Positions 12,252-26,900 of a DNA stretch of 64,000 bases are shown piece by piece. Numbering within the stretch: the stretch's first letter is position 1; each line of letters starts with the position of its first letter. The translations under genes and the position numbers were made by a program. Under the pieces are notes generated by a model. It was given only the letters and a program-made list of their open reading frames with translations, had not been told where the DNA came from and did no database searches. The stretch lies in the NCBI RefSeq assembly GCF_009914755.1, contig NC_060927.1, one strand, 5' to 3'. This DNA is from the human T2T-CHM13v2.0 reference genome, Homo sapiens.

Positions 12252-15200
12252 TTCCTTATTTCTAAAATCAAAAACAGCAGTATGTTGTTCACAGGAATGT
12301 TACAAAAATTAGACTCTCAAACCTATCAATGCAAGTTATCCACATGATAACATGGATATAGAGGATTATGTCTTAATCTGCAGGCTTCTGGGTGTAGAAC
12401 TTTATCCATTAACAGACGTTGACATTATCCATCACGGCACCATCAAATAACCTATTCTTAGTCCTTAGGTTTGTGTATCATTTTATAGCTCACTTTCACC
12501 AACGCAATATGGTTCTTCATTAGAGCTCAGTGAGGCTGCGGATTATTTTCCCCATTATGCAGATAACAAAACAAGGCTTAGAGAAGTGAATAACTTGCCC
12601 AACTAGTAAATCTAAGAGGCATTACCAAAATACAGACACTTCTCTGACTCCAGGTCCAGCGGTTTCCCCGACCTACTACCCTCAGACACTGATATTTTGG
12701 CTGGTGCTATCAGGGTCTGCAAGAGGGTATAAAAAGAGAGAAGGTATGCATCTAAGGGGCAACTGTATAGCGTTGTCTCAACTTCCATCTTCACTGGTGT
12801 TTTGCTTTTTGCCTTCAGTGCAGGTGACCGCAGGGTGTTGGTGCACTCACAGAGCTGACAGCCAGTTAATTTTATTCATGGCTTTGATCCCTGTGCCCCT
12901 TCTAGCATCAGGAGTGAACATGAGAGTTTTCAACCCCAAAGAAAATGGCCTCTTGAGGGAATAGTGGTTTGGGTGAATAAGAGAAAATGTTAGTTTGATG
13001 AAATACAACCTCTGAATGGATGCCTGCCGCAAGGCTCGCCAAGTATTGCTTGCTGTGACATTACATTCACTTCCTCTGCTTTTTTTTTTTTTTTTTTTTA
13101 AAAAGGGAAAGAAAAACTAAAATCTCTACTGAGGACAGGGAGCTGAATGTGTCTGGCACAAAGGACAAGAAAGGAGCCTCTGAGACTGTCCAAGGTTTCT
13201 TAGGAAAGGGAACAGTAACTGCTGTCGGATCACAAACACAACAGTCTCAGGTACTTCTCCTGCTTCCTTAGGAGGCATGCCAGACCAGCGCTGGCCCCCT
13301 AGCCAGCATCCAAACCAGACTAGCCTTCCTGGCCTCACACAGAGCTGTAGGGTGTCTTGGAAGGAGCTATTTTGGGTGAGGTCTATTTTGGTTTGTTTAC
13401 CTATGTGCACACTGAATGCAGTCCTGATTGGAGAGGGATGGGATGTCAGACTCCCTGTCCCAGACACAACTAAGAGAAGGTCATTTCCCCTAAGTCATGT
13501 TTCAGCTTCCCACAGACCTTCACATTAAGATACAAGGTCGCAGCTCATGACACGGAAGGAAACTTCCAAAAGATGTAACAAGAGTTATGAAACTGACCCA
13601 GACCCTTATTTTAGACAAATTGTTTTTCTGTCACTTTAGCTTCCCAGTAAATAAAAACTTTACAAGCTGTGAATGTGTTTGCTTCTCTTAACTGGCATGC
13701 CCAAATTAGTATGCATTTGCCCACTCTTTGGGGTTTCTGTCTCAGGGAAAGGTGATTATACCCTGAACCAAATGAGTGCTATTGAAGACTAGACTGGCTT
13801 CAGGGTCTGGTCAGCTGAAACTAGCCTGTGTAAACCCATCAACCACTCAGCAAATTTGAAGGAAAATTCCCATTTGGATACTGGTTTAATTACAGGACTG
13901 TAATTTTTTTTTTTTTTTTTTTCATTTCTCTTTGCCTGGGTTTCAATTCTGGAGTATTTACTAAATCTCTTTCTGGTAGCTCTTCCTGGATGGCAAAGTT
14001 CTCTATAGGACCAGAATAACTGACCCTAGGACTACTAATAAGTAGCATTTATTGACTACTTGCTTTGTACTGGGTCCTGGGCCATCATTACCTTTAGTAT
14101 TGAATGTACCCTTCACAACAATCTTAAACAAAAATACACTTACTATGTTCATTTTGCAAATGAGAAAACTGAAGCCCAGAGTGTTTAAGTAATTAGCTCA
14201 GGGTCACACAGCTAGTAAATAGAGGAACCTGGAATCAAACTCATTTTGTCTTGCTTGTGCCTTAAGTAGTACACTATTCCACTTTAATCCTTCAAATAAA
14301 TTACAATTATTAGCAGAATGATTTTATGAGTTATGACCACAAATCAGGCACCGCTATGGGACATCCAAATTGTAATTATATATATCTCTGAATATCCATA
14401 AAAGATGTATATTCCTATAGTAGTAATGAAGATAAGAGCCCATAAAACTCTTACATTAGGTGGAAAATACATTTACATATGTTAGGACCCCATCTAGTAC
14501 AAAAGACTTTATAATATTTGTACTTTCTTGAGAATAAAAAAAAATACAAAATTTAAGTAACCAACCTACAGGAGTATTATAAGCTTTTGTGAATGAAGAA
14601 AATTGAGATAATGTCAGCTTTCCCTTTCAAATTTTGAAACCCTTGACATAGTGGTTATAAAAAGACACTCTACCTAGGGATGGTGAGAAGAATCTCTGAG
14701 GATGTCTGTAGCTGCCAGTCTCACGACAGATCTCTGGTTTTAAGTAACATCAATGAACTGGATGATAACTGTCTGCTTTATAGGGTGGGCAACCTGAGTT
14801 TACTGGGATAGATCACTAACCCTGGAAGATTTAGAATTAAGAAGAAAAAGTTTCCAAAGAATCAAAATTATAGTAATATAGTAATAATTATATATATGTT
14901 TGTATATATCTATAATTCTGGTTATATATGTATATGTATATAAATATATTATTGTGAAGCTTAAGAGAATTTGGCCTAATAAAATGACAACTTGAAACTC
15001 CAAATTAGAATGTGTAATTAAGTAATTGGTTTAGGCATGCAGGTAAGTTGAAATCTTACAGTGTATGCAGTTTTTAGAACATCTGAGAGAACGTTAGATT
15101 CACTGTATTTGTAAAATTAACTTATTAACTTACAGATCTTTAAGTACTAGGAAAGATTTTGTTTGTTTAATTTCAAATAATTGAAAGAAATGTATTAAAT

Positions 15201-16574
15201 GTATAATGCCTACGTGAAATGATGAAGTTGTTTAATTACTGGGTTTATAAGCAAGATCAAACATTATTCAAAGCCCTCTTAAAAGTGATGGCAAAAATTT
15301 GCTAGGTTATAAATTGGAAAATAAAATTTCGAAGCCTAATTCAGAAGTTTGGGAACTGAGGTCTTGAATTTGTAACTTGAAGTATATTTAACACTGTTAA
15401 AATAAAAAATAAACTTCTAAAGAATTTTTACCTTAAAAAGAAAAAAGAAAAGCACCTCAAGAGCAAAAGAAAAGCTCTTAGCATAAATCTTTTCAATTAT
15501 CGTCATCTGGAGTGATGATCTTGGATCAGAAGTTGGTGTTTTAATACCCCCGAGACCAGACAAAGAGCCATTGTCCCGTGAAGCTCAGAGCCCTTTCTCA
15601 GTGGAGGCTGCCCCTACGGCTGAGTTGATTTTAAGTCCTTATGAAGGTGTGTGCCTTCTGTTTCCATTACGGATACTTGTACTGCATTGAGAATTTGGAT
15701 GAAGGAAGAGCCTTGGGTTCCTTTCAGGGCCGAAATTCTGTGGTTTTAAGAGTATCTTCCTTTGCTTCAAATTCTAGGCCTTTAGGTTCAGAACTAATAA
15801 TAATTCACATTTTCTAAAGGAGCATAAGATAAGACGATAGATTTGGGGAGTCAGATTGTCCCAGGGTACTTCCTAGAGATGACACTAGCTCAGTGATGAG
15901 AGAAAGTTACTTAATCTCCATTGGCTTCAGTTGTCTCTCCTGCAACATGACAATAGTCACAGTATTTAGCTCATGGGATTCTTGTAAGGGTAAAACTAGG
16001 GAATGAAGGTGACGTGCTTGGCACAGAGATTAGCACACAAAAAGTGTTCACAGGTATAATGGCTATGTGAAATGGAGATGGATGGAGATAGAGCTGCTTG
16101 CTATCGTTTTTAATTTTATGGGTGAGAGATTTTTGAGGCAGGTTAATTGAAAAGGATCAACATAGCTAGTAAGTTACAGACTCAAAACTTGGATGAATGG
16201 TAAGTTCTGTACCCTTTATATATCATGATGTTACATCCCAGAAGACCCAAGCCTCACAAATCTGTAGAAATTCGGTTTATCCACTTACTAATCATATCCT
16301 TCTTAATGCTCTGTCTCACATATGGAGAATGTGCTTTTAGAGACATGAGTAAAGATTCTGCTTGGAGGCTCAAGCACTAAATGTGTATTACATGCTTGCT
16401 TGGTTTCTGGAACCCCTTAACCACACAGTATAGTTGGAGTGGTGTTGATACTGGGACCTCTGTAAGTTTGTTGTGTGTAGTTTTCTGCAGCTTTGCACCT
16501 CCTAGGGCCCCAAAGTCTCAGTAGAAGTTTCATCCTACATCGGGGGAGGGGAGGGGAAGGGAGAAAAGTGGATT

Positions 16575-17128
16575 TGGCAGAGGCGTTTAAACCAAAGCAA
16601 CTCCATCTTAAATAGGAGCTGGGTAAAATGAGGCTAAAATCTACTGGGCTGCATTTCCAGACGATTAAGGCATTCTAAGTCACAGGATGAAAAAGGAAGT
16701 CAGTACAAAATACAGGTCATAAAGACCTTGCTGATAAAACAGTTTCCAGTAAAGGGGCCAGCCAAAATCCACCAAAATCAAAATGGCGATGAGAGTGACC
16801 TCTGGTCGTCCTCACTGCTACACTCCCACCAACACCATGACAGTTTACAAACGCCATGGCAACGTCAGGAAGTTACCCTATATGGTCTAAAAAGGAGAGG
16901 CACAAACAATCCACCCCTTGTTTAGCATATCATCAAGAAATAACCATAAAAATGGGCAAGCAGCAGCCCTCGGGGCTGCTCTGTCTATGGAGTAGCTGTT
17001 CTTCTATTCCTTTACTTTCTTAGTAAACTTGCTTTCACTTTGCACTGCAGATTTGTCCTGAATTCTTTCTTGCGCGAGATCCAAGAACCCTCTCTTGGAG
17101 TCTGGATTGGGACCCCTGTCCTGTAACA
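16575..17128 (+). mobile_element. MER41A-type ERV1 solo LTR (554 bp)
   Basis: TG...CA ends; TGgCAGAGGCGTTT...GCAACTCCATCTT start and CAAGAACCCTCTCTTGG...GTAACA end. 4-bp TSD GATT/GATG. Lacks the tandem GAS block of MER41B. Confidence 0.88.
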
Positions 17129-17746
17129 GATGGAGTTGTTTTTACACTCTTCTCTGGGTATGCTCCTCCCCCATGGACACTGGGGTTGCCACAAGATGGC
17201 CTTCAATAAACGACAGTGTCGAAAAATTCGTGAAACTGGGTCAAGAGGATTTCTCCTTTTGAGGTCTTAGTGGGGCTTTTGTTGTTTCCTGCAGAGTTGG
17301 AAGGAAGCGGAAAATCAAGCACAGTGTGCCAAATCCTGTTTGGAACCAGAAGGGGCCTAATAAATAAATATGTAAAATAAAAATGCTACATGCAGAGATC
17401 TCCAGATTTACTGACTGAGTAAATTAACTTTCTTGGGAGGTCAGGATTCTATATTCTGTACCAAAGAAAGAGAAAAAAAAAAAAAAGAAAAAAAAAAAAC
17501 AGAGAAAAGACCTATCCTGAGTCACCAAATCAACATTGATGCTTGGAGCTGCAGCCAGCCAGCCCTGTAGCCAGAGACATTTCAACAGGACAAGACTAAG
17601 CTCAGTGGCCAGAGATGGGTAGGTTTTTCTCCAAGGAGGATTACTCTCTGTAAACACCTGTGGGATCTGTGTTTCTTTGGCATTTTCATGAGCTCACTCA
17701 GAACAAATTTGCACCTTCCTCTTTAGCGACTCCAAAGGTGATGTAC

Positions 17747-17895
17747 CTGGATAGGAAGTTCTCCAGGGACTGCTTTTTGTCCTCTTTGCAAACAATGCCC
17801 TCCTTCTTCTGCTTCTCCATATCTTTGATTCGGGACTGGAAAGTATCGATCAGATCAAACACAGACTTCATTGTTATTGGTACCTCATAGTATTG
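17747..17895 (-). CDS. CCDC80: CCDC80 exon 5 (149 nt; QYYEVPITMK...ENFLSR)
   Basis: Acceptor aaacag|CAA, donor CAG|gtacat. Overlaps ORF 17698..17937. Confidence 0.95.
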
Positions 17896-19275
17896 CTGTT
17901 TAAGAAAAAACAGAATGCATTTAATGTACAAGTGCATTTCTTCTCTCTATTCAGAGGATAGAGAACCTGTGAGAATTCAGAGGAGCTCTGGGGAAATCTT
18001 TGAAATCAGAGCCTAGAAGATTCATTGCTTCATAAATGCTCTCCTGCAATAGTACCCTTTGCTGATGTTTTGAGAGTTGGAGTCCATAAAACAACTGCCT
18101 CTTTTACAAGTAATTCTTAACTACGCTCCTTTTATTGGAAAGGGTCCATGCCTTCCTCACCATACAAGTCCTAGGTTCACCTCTCTACCTTTGGGACTAA
18201 GCTGGTTCTTATTTACTAACAACTGGAGAAGAACTGAGAAACACTGTACCTAACACAGGAAACTAAATGGAATAACATGTTCAAGTGTGTAACCTGAGCA
18301 ATAAGAGTAGTTTTCCACCAAGGCCTGTTCTGTGGTCCCAGGGATTGTTTTACTGAGTAAACATCACTTAATATTAAGTCATTTTTGTTCACCTATTCTC
18401 AGAAATAAGTTGGGATCCAACTTAAAGACAATGAAATTCAGATTCCTGAATCACAGCTGCCTGGACTTACAAAAGCAACCTGAGATGGATTTAGGGGCTG
18501 GCTGAGCGTAATCAGCATAAACTGGAGAGCAGTCTGGACATGGCTCGAAGCTCTGCCCTCTGTGGGAATTCAGTAAATCACAGAATGTGAGAGCTGGTAA
18601 GGACCTTAGAGATTATCTGGCCCAACCTCTCTCATTAGAGATGAGACAACATGTGTGCAGAATTAACTAATGATGCCATTTCTCCAGATCCAGAAATATG
18701 TTGCATGTTGGGTCAGCTATTCTGATAGCATAGACAGCCTTTTTTTCCCGTGAAGATTCTCACACAAGCATGGTATATGAATGACTTTTTCATGAACATT
18801 TTTTGTGTTCCCCATTTCACATGGTTTCAGAAGCCTGGAATTTTAAAAGAACATTTTGATAAGTTGTTTTAAAAATTGTTTAGGGAATGCTTTAAAGAAG
18901 TATTAAGATAAACTTTAGTAAAATGTATTTTCAGTGATATAGTGCCAGTATGCCAAAATTGTTAAGACAGTGGGTTCTGGAGCCAGCCTCTGTGGGAATG
19001 AAGTTCAACACTAACTGCATGATGACCTTGGGCTAGTTACTTAACCATTCTGGGCCTCTGTTTTTTCCTCTGTGAAACAAAAATAATGTTAGCATTTATC
19101 TTAGACGTGTGAGACTAAGGATTGCAAAGGGTTGAAGAAAGTGCCAGGCATAAGGAAAGCACTTGATAAAGTGACTATTTTTGTTATTGTTATTATTACA
19201 TGGTATAGTTTTTCATGGTTCAGAACTTTTGTCCGCAAGCATAGAAAGAAACTAGGTGTAAAACCCCAAACTTTT

Positions 19276-19649
<374 letters not shown>

Positions 19650-20004
19650 TTAAATATGGGTTTCTTGAAGGCAGAGACCACTCTTCACCTTTTATCTCCA
19701 GGACCTCGCACATCATAGCTATTTAACTAGTGTCTTATGAATGTAAAACATTGTTGTTAGAAAAGAATTTAGTCTGAGTCAAGTAGCTGGGCTGTGGGAA
19801 GTCACTCCAACTCAGTCTTTGTCAGAGACCACATTTCTGGATGCAAATTCGTAGGACAACATGGAAAATTTGGCCCATCTCAAAACTTTCCCATTTATAA
19901 AATAATTTATGCTTACTCGTACATTGAATGGACTGTTTAACAAAACAATTCAGATTTGCTATTCTAAGAAATAGTACTACATTATTCAGAATAAGAAACT
20001 GTAC

Positions 20005-20141
20005 CTTGACTCTCAGATCCACATCTGTTAGCACCATGAAGAAGTCATTGTAGGTCATTCCGTACTCTTTCCTCAGCTCGCTGATGAGACGCTGGTCTAC
20101 CAAGTCTTCATCATCCACCACTCGCATGGGCTTCTCATTAT
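20005..20141 (-). CDS. CCDC80: CCDC80 exon 4 (137 nt; DNEKPMRVVDD...DVDLRVK)
   Basis: Acceptor ccttaag|AT, donor AAG|gtacag. Phases match the neighbouring exons. Confidence 0.95.
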
Positions 20142-22090
20142 CTTAAGGGAAATAAAATGTGAATGAATATGGGTGTGGCAAGGCAGAAATCATTGGGAGG
20201 TGAATGGGTGAAGGCTCTGGGCCTAATCACACCAGCCTTCATTAGTTTTATATATTCAACTCACGTTGTGTTTGAACAAAAGTTTTCGGAGTAAATTAAT
20301 AAATATAGAAATAAACACATGAATAAAGTTTTGAAAGCTACTCTTCTATAGATGATCAAGGCTCCATCTCTGTCCATCCTGTTCACAGCAAACAGGAACA
20401 AAGGAACAAAGTGAGAGTGGAGACTGCTGAGTCATACCTAGGAGAAGACTGCAACTCACCCAGGGAGTGAGTCTTCACCCTAACTCACCGGGGAACTGGA
20501 CCGACCCAGACAATTTGTTAAGTTCTGTTTCCATTAAACATAATTCTGAGTCTAAAACCTGTGTCTGTTCCTCTTTTTTGGTATAGAATTAACTTTGGGA
20601 CCCAGTAAGCATGGCATATCTATAGAGAAAAATAGAGTTTCTGTTGAAACCTAGTCACAGTTTCATTTGGGCTCCAAAAGAAGTCAAGCTATTCATAATG
20701 CAAATTTTGTAAGTGAACACAGTTTAAAACAAAATGTGACAATTTATGGAAATTTTAAATCACTATATGTTTTTTCAATCATCAGCCTCCCCAAATAAAT
20801 CCTTATAATTCAGAATGGTTCCAGAAGGTGTCACTGGATTAATGGGAAGCATGAAAATCAAGATACTAGTGGCTTTACATGGCAACTTGTATGTCAGGAA
20901 AGCATTTTAACGTTTTCAAGGACAGAAGAGCTTTATTTACTTCTTCCCGCTAAAACAAGTCACAGTATATCTCTCAACCCTACCTAAGATTTTATCTGCA
21001 AAATAATCCCCTATATTAAAAACAAATGTGAAAAAATTAATGTTAGCAAATATATGATAACAGGAAAATTACCAATGAGAGCCTATCACTTATTACCAAC
21101 AGCACTACCCAGTGACTAACACTGTACTACAATACTATATCACAGTAAAAACAACCACAATTTTGCAAATAAGATGTTATAATTTGAGTACCACAGACAT
21201 TACTCTTCATTAATAAAAAGGGGATGATTACAATTTAACTGTTACTTTTATTTGATTAGGATTGCTGAAAGTGTATAAAGAAGGAGCTTTATTTCTCCAA
21301 AGCAAATCAAAATGAGAGGGGAAAGAATCAATCTGTTTTCCTTCCCAAAGTCATAACAGTGCTTCATGGAGGTGGTCCAAAGGAAAAGGAGCTGAGAGCC
21401 TAGATGAGAACCAAGCACTGTCTGCAACATAAAAAGTGATAGGCCTCATGCATATAAACTATTTTTCAAATGTACATTTTTGTTATTAGAAAAAATTTAA
21501 ATTAATTTACAATTATTAGATTTATATTTTTAAATATATCTTGTTGAGTATTAAAAACAAGTTGCAAAACAAAATGCATAATATGACTTTATTCCTGGTT
21601 GTAAGGAAATAAAAACAAAAGAAGATACATTCATTTGGAAATACACATAGGAAAAAGTCCACAGGAAAAGGTGAAGTGAAAACTTTTATTGTTTACTCTG
21701 CATACCTATGTTATTCAAATTTTAACAAGGAACATATTTTACTTTGTGAATAGTAATACTAATAATAAAGAAAATCATTCAAAAACTGCTTTTTAAAAAA
21801 TGTTCTTAACTAATGTTCTGATTCTAAGACTTTACAAACCAGATTTTATCTTGTATTTGGAAATTACAATTTTTAATTCCCAACATACATTCATTCTTGC
21901 TTTTGTTCATTCAACGAAATATTTATCACTAATGTCCAGAGTTGGTTCTGTGCTGAGTGCTAGATTCAGAAATCAATAACTTGGACAGAGTTCAAGCTCC
22001 TACTTAGAACCAGAATTAGACCACTAGCATCTACTTAATGGACAAAGTCACAAAATCACTGAATGGCTCAGATGGAAGGAAGTTGGAGAT

Positions 22091-22637
22091 TGTAGTAGAT
22101 TTTTAATATAACACCAATTCTTCCCCCCTCCCTATAGCTATACCCTATACCTATGCCCAGTAACTACAGCTTCTTCCTATGGGAAATGGGTTGAGCTGTC
22201 CTGCCTCTTGACTCTGAGCGCATCTATATCACTTGCTTTGGCCAATGGGATATTAGCACAATGACACAAGCAGAAGCTAGAAATGGGCTTATACATTAGG
22301 GATTGTTCTTGCTTCTGCCATTGCCATGAGAATATGCCCACACCAGCTTGCTGGAGGTTTAGTCAAGCCAAGTTACCCTGTTCTCATTCTAACCAAGGCT
22401 ACCCAGGTTAGCTGACAGCCCACTGACCCCCAGCATGCGTGCAAGCCCAGCCAAGATCAGCAGAACCTCCTACCCAACCTGTAGCTGACTGCAGATGCAT
22501 GAGCAAACCTAACCAAGCCCAGCCCAGATCAGCTGAACCCTAGAAACTTGTCACTAAATGAATGCTTACTGTATGTGCCACTAAGGTTTGTGGTCTTTGT
22601 TACCTCACCTTATTATGGCAACAGACAACTGAATATA
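22091..22637 (+). mobile_element. MaLR LTR (MLT1G/H-like)
   Basis: CACTTGCTTTGGCCAATGGGATATTAGC, CTGCCATTGCCATGAGAA and 3' GCCACTAAGGTTTG...GGCAACAGACAACTGAATA motifs. Confidence 0.7.
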
Positions 22638-22689
22638 GACATTATCTGGCTCCACACCATCACATTATTAAGGTTGAAACTAAGGAAAC

Positions 22690-23052
22690 TGTAGTGGACA
22701 CTGTGGTGTGCTGTCCAGTTGCTACCTTCACAACTAAGGTTGCTGTCAATATAAGCAGCTAGATCTCTGACAATTGATCTACTTAGAAGGGAGCCACCTT
22801 TCCCCAAGTCACACCCCTACCATAGGACAGCTCACATTCAATGGTTGATGTAGTAAAAGAGGGGATAGATATAAAAGCTATCCCCTTTGTCTCAAAGTGG
22901 ACAGTTTGGAAGGTCCAACTCTATTGCAGCTCAAATTTTCCCTGTCCAGTCTTGTATCTCTCACCCCTCATAAGTATTGTTTCTGTGTTAACTGCCTGCA
23001 GGCAAAACTCAGAGTCTCAGACTCTGTCTCTCTGAAAACCCAATCTGTCACA
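22690..23052 (+). mobile_element. LTR16-family (ERVL) solo LTR inside a MIR
   Basis: Starts TGTAGTGGACACTGTGGTGTGCTG and ends CCTGCAGGCAAAACTC..GTCTCAGA..CTG..AACCCAATCTGTCACA. MIR core sequence resumes after it. Confidence 0.6.
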
Positions 23053-23693
23053 GACCCTGAGAGGAGGAGTGACTTGCTCAAGTTCACATTGCAGGTTAAT
23101 GATAGAGTGAGGTTAGGACTCAGGTGACATTACCTCACTCCCACCCAGTGTTCTCTCTGCTATGCCAAAATGCCTCACACTCAAGGGTAGAAAGGACCCA
23201 GGACCAAGATTAAAGGCAAACTTTGCTTTACTAGTATATGGCAAGAAACCAATTTCAAAGCCGGTTTTCTTTCAACCAAAATATTTTCTGAAATATTTCA
23301 ACCAAACATTAGAAATAAAACATTTTGCACTCCCAGATTATAGGAATATCTACATGTTTGTGCTGAGTAGGAGAATCTGCCAAAGCAAAACAATGAAAGT
23401 CCTAATCAACACTGCATCAGACTAGGGTGGTGGCAACTCTACAGAAGGACAGAGTCCACTCTAGGCCAGTATGTGTGAAGCTACATCCTGTCTCAGCTCC
23501 TGCTCCTGCCACCGGTCTTTCTTGAGCTCTGCATTCTATCTAAATCAGGGCTCAGTGTTGAGGTTCTCTTTAGTCTGGAAAAGCAACATAGACTTGGCAG
23601 GTTCTTGTTAAATTTATCCAAACTCTGTTTAAGCTCACTAATGATTGTAAGGATTACAGGGCTTAGAAAGAAAAATTCTTTTTTTAAAAAAAA

Positions 23694-24028
<335 letters not shown>

Positions 24029-24559
24029 TAGGAAACATTCTCTAAACTGTCTACATACTCCTGATCCAGCTGAAATGCTTCATAGATTCAAGCCCATTTG
24101 CTGGGATTTGGACCTAAGATTATTGAGGTGCGGGATTCCCAGGGAAGGTGAACTCTGTTATGTGCTGATAAGGTCTGGCCCTAGTAGTAAGACATTTGCC
24201 TAGAGTGCTATTCTTTAAAAATTCCAACCCCAAACATCAGCAGTCAAATTCAGGTGGTACTAAATTTTTTCATGTATTTGTCCTTTCGTGACTAACTATA
24301 GAAAGCAATGACACTGCAGAAAATTCAGCTTCAGTTATAACATATTAAACACCAAATGTGTGCTAGGCATTACGCTTAAAGCTTCCATCTGTAACTGCTT
24401 TCCTTGTGACATCCGTGGATTCTCCTCCTCCAACCCTCTCTTGCCTAAGTTCAGGCAATTCCACTAATGCCTGGACTACTTTAGCCTCTCGCATTCCTTT
24501 GAAAGTTCCCAATCTCTTCTAGCAGTTTGTAAAAGTACGATCCACTATCCACCTTCATC

Positions 24560-24702
24560 ACAGTCACCAGGAGTGCTTGTTAAAATTACAATTCTTGGAT
24601 CCAGATCAATTGACTCAGAATTACTGGTGGTGAAGCCCAGGAATCTGCATTTAAAAAATTTCCTGGGTAGTTGTTATACACTCTAAAAACAAAGAGCTAC
24701 TG
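24560..24702. mobile_element. MER5A (hAT-Charlie) within a decayed L2
   Basis: GCTTGTTAAAA..ACAATTCTTGG...TGACTCAGAA..ACTGG..GTGAAGCCCAGGAATCTGCATTT pattern. Confidence 0.65.
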
Positions 24703-26109
24703 TCCCAGAGGAGAAAATCTAAATCCTTGTCATAGCATACAAGATCATTTATGGCAGTATAAACTTATCTATTAACTCTTCCTCCACACGTTATGCTCCA
24801 GCCCCCTATTTTCGGTCTCTAGAAATGTGCCCTCTCTTCCTGGAATGCTGTCCACATGAGTACTTCTTATTGTCTCTGAAACCTGTCTTCACCTCACTTG
24901 TGCACTCAACATTTTGGCATTCTTCTGTAATAATGCTAATCACCTTGCATTGCAACCAGTTGTTTACATATCTGTCTTCCCCCTAGATATGAGTAATTCA
25001 ACAATAGAGACTGAGTTTTGGTCACCTTTTACATCCTTTCAGGCTGGCACAGTTCCTAGCATACAACCCCAGCATTCAGTAAAGATTTGGTAATCACTAG
25101 AACTCTCCCATAAGAAAGATATATGAAAAAGACAGTAATAAGGTATAGATAAGGTGAGTGATTCTGGGACTGTGTAGAAAACCCACCATAAAACCTTCAC
25201 ACTTTCCTTTGATCTTGTGAACCCGCAACACAGTCTAATGTAATTTGAGAAAACACATTCATATATATTTTTTTCTAAAATTGGTTTTGCATGCATTAGG
25301 TCTTTTAAATAAAACATATTTGTAAGGCATTTAAAATATAACGATTCTTTTCAAGAAGTCAGTAGGGGCCAAAACTCTCTTGGTTGTGCTTTGCATAAGC
25401 CAGGAGGTAGATGCCAGCAGAAGCTAAATTGCTTTTATTCTCAAGAACATTGCCAGGAGTGCTGAGCAGTCCATGGCAGGTTATTTCAGTTAGGATAACC
25501 TTGGCCTCCAGCTTGGAACTTATTTCCTTTTGATTGGAAATGGATAAGTTTAAATTACTTTGCAATTGATCTGCTTACTCCCCTTTTACTCTATGAGTGG
25601 GTCATTTTCCTATCTACTACCCCACTGTGAGATGAGTGACCTGATTAAATTGATAGGTGGGACTACCCTGGCCATTCCTGATCACTTTTTCTCTAGAAAG
25701 AGCAACTTGTCTTATTAATAAAGAGTGTGTCCTGTCCAAGTGAATTGCTGTCCTACAGATTGACTCCATCAAATCTTAAAGTTATAAATATATTTGAAAA
25801 ATATATTCAGAAATATTTAGTGACTTCACATGGTTTACATATAAAGTTTGAATACTTTATCTTGGTATTAGAAATCTAATTTCAGGTGCCAAACTACATT
25901 TCTAGCCCTCTCTTCACCTCTTATCCTCTACCTAGCCTTCTGCTCTAGATCAAACCTAATAGCAAATCAGAATCACCTGAGCAACATTTTAAAATATAGA
26001 TTCCTGGACCTCATTCCTAAACAAATGAGTCATTATCTTGGAGTAGAAAGGGGAGGTGGGAGTCTGAATTTTTTTCCAATTTATATAGAGTACCTATGCA
26101 TTGGGATGA

Positions 26110-26900
26110 AAAAGATGACAACGCAATAGAAAAATGGGCAAAGAACACTAAAAAGGAAATATAAATGCTCCCTAAGCATGAAAATGTGTTCAATCATACT
26201 CACAACATGAGAAATGCAAATCAATACTACCTTATACTGATACCATTTTTCACATATTACACTGGTCAAAAGCATCCAAAAGTTTGATTACACACATTAA
26301 TTGGAGAGGTCTGGGGAAATAGACATATTTAAACATTGTTGTTGGAACTGCAACATGATTCAACTTGTGTGGAGAGAAATCAGGAAGTATCCACTCAGAC
26401 TACATTTTCTATTTAGTCTAACAATCCTGTTTCTTAGACTGTATTGGAAAGATGCACACACAATTTCACAATTTAATCGTAACCTTGTTCATATATAGCT
26501 CTATGTATGTGTGATGTATGTGTAAGAACAAAATATTGAAAATAGTCCAAGTGTCCATGGACAAAATGTTTAAACTATGAGAGAATCTCACAATTTTTTG
26601 ATAAGAAATGGGGAAGATTGCTATATACTCATAAAGAAAGATCTCCTAGAAATATTTTAAGTGAAAAAAGCAAGGTGTGGAACAATATATATAATATGCT
26701 ATATTTTGTATAAAAAGAAAAATATATAGGTATTTATTTGTATTTGTCTAAAAAAGTACTAAATGAATAAATAAGGAATTAACAAAAATGATTACCTGTG
26801 GGTGCAGGGAGTAGCAGGGTAAAGGGGTCAGGAAGGATACAAGACTTGTCTGTGTACACCTTTTTATATAGCTTTGACTTTGAAAATTTAAAAAAAGTAT
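26110..26900 (+). mobile_element. Old L1M 3' fragment
   Basis: Decayed ORF2 C-terminus and 3' UTR (ATAGAAAAATGGGCAAA...GAAATGCAAATCAA...TTAAGTGAAAAAAGCAAG). Confidence 0.7.

Noticed and set aside
20453-20474. ACTCAC...GTGAGT hairpin as a miRNA precursor
   Set aside because: Stem far too short; better explained as splice-donor motifs.
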